From positions 403 to 64,402 of the forward strand of contig JBKEAH010000033.1 in assembly GCA_047972065.1 (NCBI GenBank): 64,000 nt of DNA, written 5' to 3'. This DNA is from Desertimonas sp. GTDB taxonomy: Bacteria; Actinomycetota; Acidimicrobiia; Acidimicrobiales; Ilumatobacteraceae. A program made the translations under genes and the position numbers. This document shows, piece after piece, positions 54,601 to 62,160 of this stretch (position 1 is the first letter of the stretch; each line of letters starts with the position of its first letter). The notes under the pieces are model-generated. The model was not told where the DNA came from. It made no database searches and saw only the letters and a program-made list of their open reading frames with translations.

Positions 54601-55118
54601 GCACCGCGGTCGGCCGGGCCGTCCACGCCGTCTTGCAAGACGCCGACCTCACCACCGGCGACGACATCGACACGCTGGCCACGGCGGCGGCCGCCGCCGA
54701 GGGCATCTTCGGGCTCGAACCCCAGGTGGCGGCGCTGGCCCGCTCGGCGCTCGGAACACCCATCGTCGGCGCGATCGCCGAGGGGGCCGAGCACTGGCGC
54801 GAGCTCTTCGTCGTCGCCGATCTCGGCGGCACGGTGCTCGAGGGCTACATCGACCTGCTGGTGCGAACGCCCGATGGGCTGTTGATCGTCGACTACAAAA
54901 CCGATCGTTTCGCCCCCGACGACGACGACGCCCGCGCCGTGCGGCTCGGCAAGTACCGCCTCCAGCTTGCCGCCTATGCCGTCGCCCTCGGACGGCTGGT
55001 CGACGAGCCGATCGTCGGTGGAATCCTGGTGCACTGCCGCGTGGACGGCCCGGCCGAGCAGCTGGCCGTGACCGACTGGGCCGACGCCCTGGCGACGGTC
55101 GACCGCTCGACCCGCTGA
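51648..55118 (+). CDS. UvrD/AddA/AdnB-like ATP-dependent helicase-nuclease subunit
   Basis: Walker A EAGAGAGKTTALVGR, motif II LLDEFQDTDP, MTVHAAKGLEF and the C-terminal nuclease motif GYIDLLVRTPDGLLIVDYKTDR. GTG 51648. Confidence 0.85.
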   Translation: MSRHDDHQLSLGLDDGGPTGPTTRPAGAPPAPDQDARDRIVDDTSATLFVEAGAGAGKTTALVGRILTLVDQDVPIEAIAAITFTEKAAAELRHRVRRELTAGPDTPARRAALEHLDHAPVGTLHAFARRLLLEFPVEAGLPPGFDVLDELESQLAFDDRWQDLLDELLDDADLEVAPGLSARDLAVLFGWAKFGGMTGLRSIAEDFQANWDLVAERVALAPPARPALDLDAVVADARSIGATLVPDGDGQQTYVANIAEAGAALAAVAGTIHEIEALEQLRARTAKPKRVGAKKNWSTGGDLDELRQRELALSALAAEHLGAWREYRRLVVGAIVGRFVLEGARARAASGALEFHDLLVLARRVLSASATARRLLHQRYRRVLLDEFQDTDPIQLEIAVRLTADPESDAAFGHGLVPTPGRLFVVGDPKQSIYRFRRADVAAYLTAASRIDATEVRLSANFRSTGAVIDWVNGVFATVIEAEPEVQPAYQPLDVARPGSTDHGTVLVVGAAEHVDEPNADEVRWREARDVAAAAATAIHERWAVGDHDDAGRPMLRPCRLGDIAILLPARTSLPMLERALADLGVAYRAENAAVVYTAPEIRHVMLALRAAADPTDQLALVAALRSPLYGCSDVELFDWRRAGGRWNIFGTAPDELSEHPVAGALGHLRSIAERAGRVGPAELVGAMVDERRVLEVALAGADARDVWRRVRFVTDQARAWTDAGGRGLRRYLQWTKFQADEGRASDTILPERDHDAVRIMTVHAAKGLEFPITIVAGLTTLNRGRRRLSAVWPDDTWALAERDDPIFEAFRPLDEQMSDAERRRLLYVACTRAVDHLVVSLHRPALPASSKSAPGNWSSARVLASHGADGHGAASFAGTPDALDPPTAAPIELPWADHQEWATERRRAVRAAAVRTTTSATRLAAGMPTAAPGTDVDGDDLAHPADASGGADEDGDLLGLTVDVGLAKEPVDLDLPPWQRGRYGTAVGRAVHAVLQDADLTTGDDIDTLATAAAAAEGIFGLEPQVAALARSALGTPIVGAIAEGAEHWRELFVVADLGGTVLEGYIDLLVRTPDGLLIVDYKTDRFAPDDDDARAVRLGKYRLQLAAYAVALGRLVDEPIVGGILVHCRVDGPAEQLAVTDWADALATVDRSTR

Positions 55119-55215
55119 CCGGCTCGTCGAGCGAGACGCCGAGCGCCTGGTCGAGCGGATCGGAGTACGCCCCGGCGTGGGGCCGGCTCGGCACCTTCGA
55201 TTGGTGGGGTCGCAC

Positions 55216-55933
55216 TCAGGGCGTGAGCACGCGCATCGAGGTGCCGACCAGCTCGCAGCGGCGCTCCGGTGTGCCGGGGGCGGCGGCGAGGTCGATGCCG
55301 CGCACCCCCTCGCCACGGCCGTCGTCGGCTCGCACGAAACGGATCGCGCCCTCGTCCAGCTCGATCGTCGGGTCGCCGTCGACGTTGGCGGCGGGGACGC
55401 CGAGCACGGCGGCCCAGCGTTCGGCCATCGTGGCCGGCTGCTCGGCCTGGATCTCCACGGCCAGCAGGTCGGTCACGACGTCGGTCCTGACGTGATCGCG
55501 CCATTCGGGGCCGGCCCAGGGCCACTCACCCCACTGGTCGGTGCCGTCGATCGACAGGATCGCCCCGCCGAGGTCCCGCGGATGCAGGTGCAGTCCCGTG
55601 ATGCCGGGCGCCTTGGCGGTGAACACGACGCGGACGTCGTGTTCAGTCGACTCGGCGCCGGGCCTCGTCCAGATCGTCGACCTCGAGGATCACCATGTAG
55701 CCGCCGTCGCCGCCGCGCTTGTCGAGCAGCCGGCCCGCGGTCGTGCCGTCCTGGATCGGCGACACCACTTCGAGCAGCTTGTCGCCGACCGGGAACAGCG
55801 CGTTGTGCAGCCCGAACTCCGCCACTCCCGGGTCGCGGAAACACAACTCGATACCGAGCTCCTCGATGATCGCCGCCTCAGCGGCGGCGAGATCGTCGGC
55901 CACCAGGGCCACCTGACGCAATCGGATCGCCAT
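55216..55933 (-). pseudogene. VOC/glyoxalase-like domain gene split by an apparent 1-nt frameshift
   Basis: The N-terminal half (55643..55933, MAIRLRQVALVADDL...GGDGGYMVILEVDDLDEARRRVD*) and the C-terminal half (55216..55626, ...GITGLHLHPRDLGGAILSIDG) are adjacent but in different frames. The downstream frame stays open back to 55689 and reads ...TEHDVRVVF. Confidence 0.5.
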
Positions 55934-55958
55934 GCGACGACGGTAGACGCCGGTGTCG

Positions 55959-56771
55959 TCAGCGACCGGACCCGGGTCGGGAGCGGCGCCGCTGGAACCC
56001 TTGGCTGATGCTCCAGCCCAGCCCGGTGATGAACCAGCGCAGGCTGACGGCACCGAGGATCAGCGCCGCCGCGAGGATCGCCGGGATGAGCAGCGAGCGG
56101 GCCACGTCGTCGCGAGCGCCGTCGAGCGGTTCCAACACCCCCGAGTCGATCGGCCGCCCGTTGGTGAGCAGCGTGCGGATGGGGTCGGGCAGCTCCGGAC
56201 AGTCGTGTTCGCTCTCGCTGCGGCCGATCACCTGGTCGCCACCGAACAACGGTGCGCTGGCCGCGACCTTGGACACGAGCACGCCGACACCGGGGTCGAC
56301 GCTGGCCCCGACCAGATATTGGCGCCCCTCGTCGAGGAACTTGGCGTCGATGTCGTAGCGGATGTCGATCAGCCCGTTCGACGCGATGCCCTCGACGCTG
56401 CCGGCCCGCAGCTGGTCGATCCGATAGCGGGCGGTTCGGAAGTCCTTCTGCTGCACCGTTCCCACGAAGACGATGTCGGGCAGGCCCGGCTCGGCGCATC
56501 CTTCGGGGATGGCCACCGGCCATTGACGCCCGGTTGGCGCCGCGACGACCGTCGTCGCCGGTGCCGCCGTCGGTGGGGGTGAGGTCACCAGGACGTTGGT
56601 CGAGGTCGGCGGGTATGCCGGCTCGCCGGTCGGCACCGTGGTCGATGGTGGCGAGGCGTCGGAAGGCCCGCCGGCACCCCACACCGAGGCGATGACGGCG
56701 ACCACCAGCGCCAGCCCGGTCAATGTCATGAGACGGGCGCGGGACGGGGCGCGCGTCACGTCGGCGGTCAC
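55959..56771 (-). CDS. hypothetical bitopic membrane protein
   Basis: An N-terminal TM (LTGLALVVAVIASVW), a Pro/Thr-rich linker, a roughly 170-aa domain with two Cys and a C-terminal TM. The start is GTG 56771 or ATG 56729. The longer track ORF runs into echA. Confidence 0.5.
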   Translation of the reverse strand: MTADVTRAPSRARLMTLTGLALVVAVIASVWGAGGPSDASPPSTTVPTGEPAYPPTSTNVLVTSPPPTAAPATTVVAAPTGRQWPVAIPEGCAEPGLPDIVFVGTVQQKDFRTARYRIDQLRAGSVEGIASNGLIDIRYDIDAKFLDEGRQYLVGASVDPGVGVLVSKVAASAPLFGGDQVIGRSESEHDCPELPDPIRTLLTNGRPIDSGVLEPLDGARDDVARSLLIPAILAAALILGAVSLRWFITGLGWSISQGFQRRRSRPGSGR

Positions 56772-56826
56772 GGGTCCAGGGTACGCGGCGGCGACGCATC
56801 CGGCGGCGCGTCCTACGCCCGGGCGC

Positions 56827-57627
56827 TCAGTAGCCGCGGAAGGTCGGTTGGCGCTTCTCGAGGAACGCGTTGACCGCCTCGGCGGTGTCGCGGGTGGTGA
56901 AGTTGATCGACTGCGCCGCCCCTTCGGCGTCGAGGGCCTCGGCCAGCGACGACGTCGATGCCGCGTTGAGCAGACGCTTCGACTGGGCGATCGCGATCGG
57001 CGCCTGGCCGGCCAGACGTGCGGCCCAGTCGTCGACGAAGGCGTCGAGCTCGCCGTCGGAGACGACACGGTTGACGAGGCCGATCCGATCGGCTTCGTCG
57101 GCGTCGATGATGTCGGCGAACAACGCCAGTTCCTTGGCCCGGTGCAAACCGACTCGCCGGGGCAGGATCCACGATCCGCCGAAGTCGAGGGTGAGGCCGC
57201 GCCGAGCGAAGATCTCGGAGAATCGGGCGTTGTCCGAGGCGACGACCAGGTCACACAGCAAGGCGATGTTCATGCCCGCCCCGGCGGCGATGCCGCGCAC
57301 CTTGGCGATGGTCGGCTGGGGGACCTGGTGCAAGGCGGTGGCCACCTCGGCGATGAAGCGCATCCGATCGAGGCTGTGGGCGCGCGGGCCGTCGTCGTCA
57401 CCGCCCTCGCCACGATTCTGCATCCCGCCGACATCGGCGCCCGAGCAGAACGCACCTCCGGCACCGGTGATGACCAGCACCCGGTCGGCGGGGTTGGCGG
57501 CGACCTCGCGGAACGTGTCCAGGAGTTCGTTCCACATCACATCATTGGCGGCGTTCTTGCGCTCGGGGCGGTTCATCGTGACGGTGACGATGCCCTCGGC
57601 GCGCTCGACGATCAGGGTTTCAGGCAC
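56827..57627 (-). CDS. enoyl-CoA hydratase/isomerase (crotonase) family protein
   Basis: VTVTMNRPERKNAAN...VLVITGAGGAFCSGADVGG...IAKVRGIAAGAGMNIAL. GTG 57627. Confidence 0.85.
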   Translation of the reverse strand: MPETLIVERAEGIVTVTMNRPERKNAANDVMWNELLDTFREVAANPADRVLVITGAGGAFCSGADVGGMQNRGEGGDDDGPRAHSLDRMRFIAEVATALHQVPQPTIAKVRGIAAGAGMNIALLCDLVVASDNARFSEIFARRGLTLDFGGSWILPRRVGLHRAKELALFADIIDADEADRIGLVNRVVSDGELDAFVDDWAARLAGQAPIAIAQSKRLLNAASTSSLAEALDAEGAAQSINFTTRDTAEAVNAFLEKRQPTFRGY

Positions 57628-57648
57628 CTGTCGAACATACTGAGTCGC

Positions 57649-57759
57649 ATGGGTTTCAACCCGTATCGAAAGTTCCGCGCCACGCCCAGCGACTACGTGA
57701 TGGTCGTCGCCGCCATCGTGGTCGCCCTGTCCCTCGTCGCCTGGGCCGTCCTCGGCTGA
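57649..57759 (+). CDS. 36-aa single-TM small protein
   Basis: MGFNPYRKFRATPSDYVMVVAAIVVALSLVAWAVLG*. CATACT (57636-57641) lies 7 nt upstream of the ATG, which is leaderless geometry. It is below the track cutoff as a stand-alone ORF. Confidence 0.4.
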   Translation: MGFNPYRKFRATPSDYVMVVAAIVVALSLVAWAVLG

Positions 57760-57790
57760 GGGCGGATTCGATATCCGACCCCCAATCCGC

Positions 57791-58135
57791 TCAGAAGGCG
57801 GCGTGGTAGACGCGTAGGTCGCCGCCGGTGATCGCGACGACGTCGAAGCGCAGGTCCACCCGGCGCTGGCCATGGGCGCGGAGCCACTCGATGGCCAGCC
57901 CACGCAGCCGGCGCTGCTTGCCCGGGTGGACGGCCGCGGCCGCCGTGCCATAGCGATCGCTGCTCCGGGCCTTGACCTCGACGATCACGAGCAGGTCGCC
58001 CTGGCGAGCGACGAGGTCGATCTCGCCCCTGGCACACCGCCAGTTCCGATCGACGATCTGGTAGCCGTGCTGGCGGTACCAGGCCTCGGCCCGGTCCTCA
58101 CCCCATCGTCCGCGCGCCAATCGTGCCGCGGTCAT
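57791..58135 (-). CDS. YraN-family (UPF0102) putative endonuclease
   Basis: GRWGEDRAEAWYRQHGYQIVDRNWRCARGEIDLVA...LVIVEVKARS. Confidence 0.85.
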   Translation of the reverse strand: MTAARLARGRWGEDRAEAWYRQHGYQIVDRNWRCARGEIDLVARQGDLLVIVEVKARSSDRYGTAAAAVHPGKQRRLRGLAIEWLRAHGQRRVDLRFDVVAITGGDLRVYHAAF

Positions 58136-58215
58136 CTCCGACCTCCACGGGTGGATCGATGTCGGGACCCGCAGGTCCGAGCGCCCCGGGCGAGGTGGGG
58201 CGAGGCGTCGGCGGT

Positions 58216-58563
58216 CTAGAACTCGCGCTTCTCGCGGATCTTCGCCGCCTTGCCGGTGCGACCGCGCAAGTAGTACAGCTTGGCCCGGCGCACGTCGCCG
58301 CGCTTCACGACCTCGATCTTGGTCACCGTCGGCGTGTGCAACGGAAAGGTGCGCTCGACGCCGACGCCGTAGCTGATCTTGCGGACCTTGTAGGTCTCCT
58401 GCAGCCCGCTGCCCTGGCGTCCGATCACGTTGCCCTGGAAGACCTGGACGCGCTCCTTGTTGCCCTCGACCACGCGGACGTGGACCTTGACCTCGTCGCC
58501 GGGCGCGAACTCGGGGATGTCGCTGCGGAGCGAGTCGTTGTCGATGACGTCAGTGGCTTTCAT
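58216..58563 (-). CDS. rplS: 50S ribosomal protein L19
   Basis: [29 protein letters not shown]...[19 protein letters not shown]. Confidence 0.95.
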   Translation of the reverse strand: MKATDVIDNDSLRSDIPEFAPGDEVKVHVRVVEGNKERVQVFQGNVIGRQGSGLQETYKVRKISYGVGVERTFPLHTPTVTKIEVVKRGDVRRAKLYYLRGRTGKAAKIREKREF

Positions 58564-58650
58564 GGCGGCTCTCGTGTCAGGCAGATGCGCGTCGGGGGCG
58601 TCGAGCGACGCCGTGGTCCGATCGAGCTCGATGGTGGCGATCGGGGCCGC

Positions 58651-59385
58651 TCAAGGATACGGGAGGGTCGGGAACTCTTCCAACAGTCGCTCGTCCTGCG
58701 CGCTGAGCCCGCCGCGGGCTTCGATGAGGTCGGGACGCACGGCGAGCGTGCGATGCAACGCCTGGGCCTGGCGCCACCGTTCGATGCGGGCGTGATCACC
58801 GCTGCGCAACACCTCGGGCACCCGCCAGCCGCGAAAGTCCGCCGGCCGGGTGAACTGGGGCTCTTCGAGCAACCCGCGGCGGCCAAAGCTCTCGGTGATC
58901 GGGCTGTCGGCATTGCCCATCGCGCCGGGCAGCAGGCGGGTCACGGCCTCGATCACCAGACACGCGGCGACCTCGCCTCCCGACAGCACCACGTCTCCGA
59001 CGCTCAGCTCGCCATCGACGAGGTGCTCTCGGACCCGGTGGTCGACGCCCTCGTAGCGGCCGCAGAGCAGGCTGAACCCGGCCCCGTCGGCAAGCTGCTG
59101 CGCCACCGTCTGGTCAAAACGTCTCCCCCCGGGACCGAGCAGGTACAGCGGTCGCGGCGGGTTGGCGGCGTCGACGGCGGCGAACAACGGCTCGGGTCGC
59201 ATCAGCATCCCGGCGCCACCGCCGAAGGGTGCGTCGTCGACGGTCCGGTGAACATCGGTGGTGTGCTCACGAGGGTCGTGGGTGCGCAGATCGACCAGCC
59301 CCGCGGTCCGGGCCTTGCCCAGCAGGCTCGCCGAGCAGAAGTCCTCGACCAGGGCCGGGAACACGGTGAACACGTCGATCCGCAC
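58651..59385 (-). CDS. trmD: tRNA (guanine37-N1)-methyltransferase
   Basis: MRIDVFTVFPALV...DDAPFGGGAGMLM...LLCGRYEGVDHRV. Confidence 0.93.
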   Translation of the reverse strand: MRIDVFTVFPALVEDFCSASLLGKARTAGLVDLRTHDPREHTTDVHRTVDDAPFGGGAGMLMRPEPLFAAVDAANPPRPLYLLGPGGRRFDQTVAQQLADGAGFSLLCGRYEGVDHRVREHLVDGELSVGDVVLSGGEVAACLVIEAVTRLLPGAMGNADSPITESFGRRGLLEEPQFTRPADFRGWRVPEVLRSGDHARIERWRQAQALHRTLAVRPDLIEARGGLSAQDERLLEEFPTLPYP

Positions 59386-59388
59386 CGC

Positions 59389-59874
59389 TCAGTCCTCACC
59401 GAGGTCGAACAGCCCGTCGGGGGGATCGATCACGATGCGTCCGTCACCGTGGTCGGTGACGAATACGACCGGTACCAACGCGCCACCGTCGAGCTCGAGC
59501 AGATCGGCGGCCGGGTTGTCGATCACGGCGACACAGCGACCACGCGCGGTTCCGTCACGCTCGACCACCTGCGCACCGATCAGCTGGTGGACCCACAACG
59601 CGTCGGGATCCTCCAACGGCTCGGCGCATGCCGCTTGGTTGGTGAAGGCCTGCGCCTGCTCGCGACCGGCGATCTCATCGAACGTGACCAGCCAGCGATC
59701 CTGGTGTCGCTGGGCAGCGGCGACGGTCAGCCATTGCCCGCCGGCCCACCACCGAGCACCGGGTTCGACCCGCTCGGGCCGATCGGTCGACAACTCAACG
59801 CTGATCTGCCCGCGCACCCCATGGGCGCGCCGGAGCACGCCGATCTCGAGCACTCCGTCCGGCCGTTCGTCCAT
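59389..59874 (-). CDS. rimM: 16S rRNA processing protein RimM
   Basis: LEIGVLRRAHGVRGQISVEL, then the PRC-barrel region LIGAQVVERDG. ATG 59874 is preferred. Confidence 0.85.
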   Translation of the reverse strand: MDERPDGVLEIGVLRRAHGVRGQISVELSTDRPERVEPGARWWAGGQWLTVAAAQRHQDRWLVTFDEIAGREQAQAFTNQAACAEPLEDPDALWVHQLIGAQVVERDGTARGRCVAVIDNPAADLLELDGGALVPVVFVTDHGDGRIVIDPPDGLFDLGED

Positions 59875-59962
59875 TCCTCCCGCAGCCTCGCCGGTCACGG
59901 CCCACCACCCAACACGGCCGGCGCAGCCGACGGGCTTGGCCAAGGGGCGAAGCCCACGACGT

Positions 59963-60247
59963 TCAGTCGTCGAGGAACTCGATGTCGACGTCGGTCTCGT
60001 CACGCACGGCGGCGGCCCGCACGACGGTGCGGATGCTCTGGGCCGTGCGACCACGTCGACCGATCACACGCCCGAGGTCGCCGGGACCGACACGGACGTC
60101 GAGGCGCACCCGCCCCCGGTCCGGTGTCGCGGTGACATCGACGGCGCTGGGATCGTCGACGATCGACGACACGATGTGCGCCAGCACCTTGGCCGCCGTC
60201 GGGGCGTCCGACGACGCCTCGTCGGTCTGGGTCTCGGTGTCGCTCAC
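59963..60247 (-). CDS. KH-domain RNA-binding protein (KhpA/YlqC-like)
   Basis: [28 protein letters not shown] contains the GxxG KH motif. GTG 60247 overlaps the rpsP stop. Confidence 0.8.
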   Translation of the reverse strand: MSDTETQTDEASSDAPTAAKVLAHIVSSIVDDPSAVDVTATPDRGRVRLDVRVGPGDLGRVIGRRGRTAQSIRTVVRAAAVRDETDVDIEFLDD

Positions 60248-60513
60248 GATGACTTCGCGGCGCCGAACTGCTCGAGCGCTCCGGAGATCTCGAGCAGCTT
60301 GCGCACCCGGTCGGTGGGCTGAGCACCCTGCGACAGCCACTTGACGGCCTTGTCGTTGTCGACGGTCAGCGTCGAGGGGTCGGTGCGCGGGTTGTAGTGA
60401 CCGAGAATCTCGATGAACCGCCCGTCGCGCGGCGAACGCGCGTCGGCGGCCACGATGCGGTACTGCGGCTGCTTGGTCTTGCCGACTCGGGTGAGACGCA
60501 GCTTCACTGCCAT
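60244..60513 (-). CDS. rpsP: 30S ribosomal protein S16
   Basis: [42 protein letters not shown]. Confidence 0.95.
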   Translation of the reverse strand: MAVKLRLTRVGKTKQPQYRIVAADARSPRDGRFIEILGHYNPRTDPSTLTVDNDKAVKWLSQGAQPTDRVRKLLEISGALEQFGAAKSS

Positions 60514-60585
60514 GAACGGATCCTTCGTGGGTGCGAGAACGAACCCCGAGAGGTTAGCGGCGCGCCCGCCGTTCTCCCCGAGCCT

Positions 60586-60897
60586 TCACCGCGCACCCGC
60601 CGCCGGCGAGCCGTCGTCACTCACCTCGACGCCCCGCCAGAACGCGATGCGGTCCGCGATCTGGTGGGCCGCCTCCTTCGGCTCGGGGTAGAACCAGGCG
60701 GCGTCGGTGTTGACCTCCCCACCTACCGTCACCGAGTGGTAGGACGCTGTCCCCTTCCAGGGACACACCGTGGTGGTTGCGCTGGCGGACAGGACATCGG
60801 GCCGCACCGCCCGGCGCGGGAAGTAGTGGTTGCCCTCGACCACGACGGTGTCGTCGGATCGAGCGATCTCCTCGCCGTTCCATCGTGCGGTGACCAT
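60586..60897 (-). CDS. DUF427 domain protein
   Basis: VVVEGNHYFPRRAV...TVCPWKGTASYHSV...AAWFYPEP is the DUF427 signature. Confidence 0.75.
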   Translation of the reverse strand: MVTARWNGEEIARSDDTVVVEGNHYFPRRAVRPDVLSASATTTVCPWKGTASYHSVTVGGEVNTDAAWFYPEPKEAAHQIADRIAFWRGVEVSDDGSPAAGAR

Positions 60898-61005
60898 CGG
60901 GACCTCCCTTGCCAGCGATCGCCCACGTCAACGTGTCGGTGGGCACGTTTGTTCCCGACCGCGCCGTGGTTGCCCCGGTTTGCCATCACGTGCCAGCGTG
61001 GGGCC

Positions 61006-61728
61006 ATGCCCCGGGCCGTCAGCCGCCGCGCTGGCCATCACGCCGCCGAACGTCACTACTCCGGGCGCAGCGGATGGTTGCGAGCCGGGGTGCTGGGGGC
61101 CAACGACGGACTGATCTCGACCGCCAGCCTGCTGGTCGGGGTGGCGGCCGCCGATGCCGACCACAACATGCTGGTGATCACCGGCATCGCCGGTCTGACC
61201 TCGGGGGCGCTGTCGATGGCGGCCGGTGAGTACGTCTCGGTGAGCTCGCAGCGCGACGCCGAGTTGGCCGATCTGGCCCGCGAGGGTCGCGAGCTGGCGG
61301 ACTACCCGGCGGCCGAGCGCGATGAGCTCGAGGAGATCTATCGCCAACGCGGGCTGAGCAGCGAGCTCGCCGGACGGGTCGCCGACGAGTTGTCGGCCCG
61401 TCAGGATCGCTTGGCGATCCACGCTCGCGACGAGCTCGGCATCGACGTCGGGGCGCTCGCCCGGCCGTGGCAAGCGGCGTTCGCGTCGGCCGCCAGCTTT
61501 GTCGTCGGTGCGTTGATCCCGGTCATCGTGATCGCGGTCGCCTCGAACGGGGCGCGAATCCCGGCAACGATCGGCGCCACGATGCTCGGTCTCGCCACGC
61601 TCGGCGTCGTGGGTGCGCGACTCGGTGGCGCCGCTGCCGGCCGTGGCGCGGCGCGGGTGGTGATCCTGGGCGTCCTCGCCCTGCTGATCGCGCTGGCGAT
61701 CGGCCGTGTCACCGGTGCCGCGGTGTGA
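61006..61728 (+). CDS. VIT1/CCC1-family (iron/manganese) transporter
   Basis: WLRAGVLGANDGLISTASLLVGVAAA...SMAAGEYVSVSSQRD, plus C-terminal TM segments. ATG 61006. Confidence 0.8.
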   Translation: MPRAVSRRAGHHAAERHYSGRSGWLRAGVLGANDGLISTASLLVGVAAADADHNMLVITGIAGLTSGALSMAAGEYVSVSSQRDAELADLAREGRELADYPAAERDELEEIYRQRGLSSELAGRVADELSARQDRLAIHARDELGIDVGALARPWQAAFASAASFVVGALIPVIVIAVASNGARIPATIGATMLGLATLGVVGARLGGAAAGRGAARVVILGVLALLIALAIGRVTGAAV

Positions 61729-61744
61729 CCGCGGCACCGGTGAC
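61708..61744 (+). terminator. 16-bp perfect hairpin enclosing the VIT1 stop codon
   Basis: GTCACCGGTGCCGCGG-TGTGA-CCGCGGCACCGGTGAC. The stop TGA (61726-61728) sits in the 5-nt loop. No U-tract follows. Confidence 0.55.
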
Positions 61745-61843
61745 CGCTCCGACACGTGCCGGGACCGTCGCGGATGCCAGCATCAGCACCCCGCCGCTCG
61801 GCCGCGCCGCTGATCGGCCGCGCCCCTCGGAGAGGAGATCCTC

Positions 61844-62152
61844 ATGAACCTGAAACCCGGTACCAGACTCCGCAGCACCGTCGACTCGACCGAGGTCATC
61901 GTGGTCCGCGGCAGCGATGACGACCTCGATCTGCGATGCGGCGGGAGCCCGATGGCTGACCTCGCCGGGGCGGGCGACGCCAGCGGCTCACCCGACGCCG
62001 CCTTCAGCGAGGGCACCCTGGTCGGCAAGCGATACGCCGACGAGGCCAGCGGCATCGAGCTGCTGTGCACCAAGGCGGGGGACGGATCGTTGTCCATCGG
62101 CGATCAACCCATCGGTCTCAAAGACGCCAAGCCCCTGCCCAGCTCCGACTGA
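61844..62152 (+). CDS. hypothetical protein (102 aa)
   Basis: Strong SD (GAGAGGAG) upstream of ATG 61844 and GC3-rich codons. It ends 8 nt before the acyl-CoA synthetase start. No domain recognised. Confidence 0.55.
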   Translation: MNLKPGTRLRSTVDSTEVIVVRGSDDDLDLRCGGSPMADLAGAGDASGSPDAAFSEGTLVGKRYADEASGIELLCTKAGDGSLSIGDQPIGLKDAKPLPSSD

Positions 62153-62160
62153 CCGGCGCC

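Noticed and set aside
55959-57254. A 431-aa minus-strand ORF spanning the membrane-protein gene and part of the enoyl-CoA hydratase gene.
   Set aside because: Its upstream two-fifths overlaps the well-supported crotonase gene in another frame. Only the part from about 56771 downward looks like a real protein (a TM anchor followed by an ordered domain).
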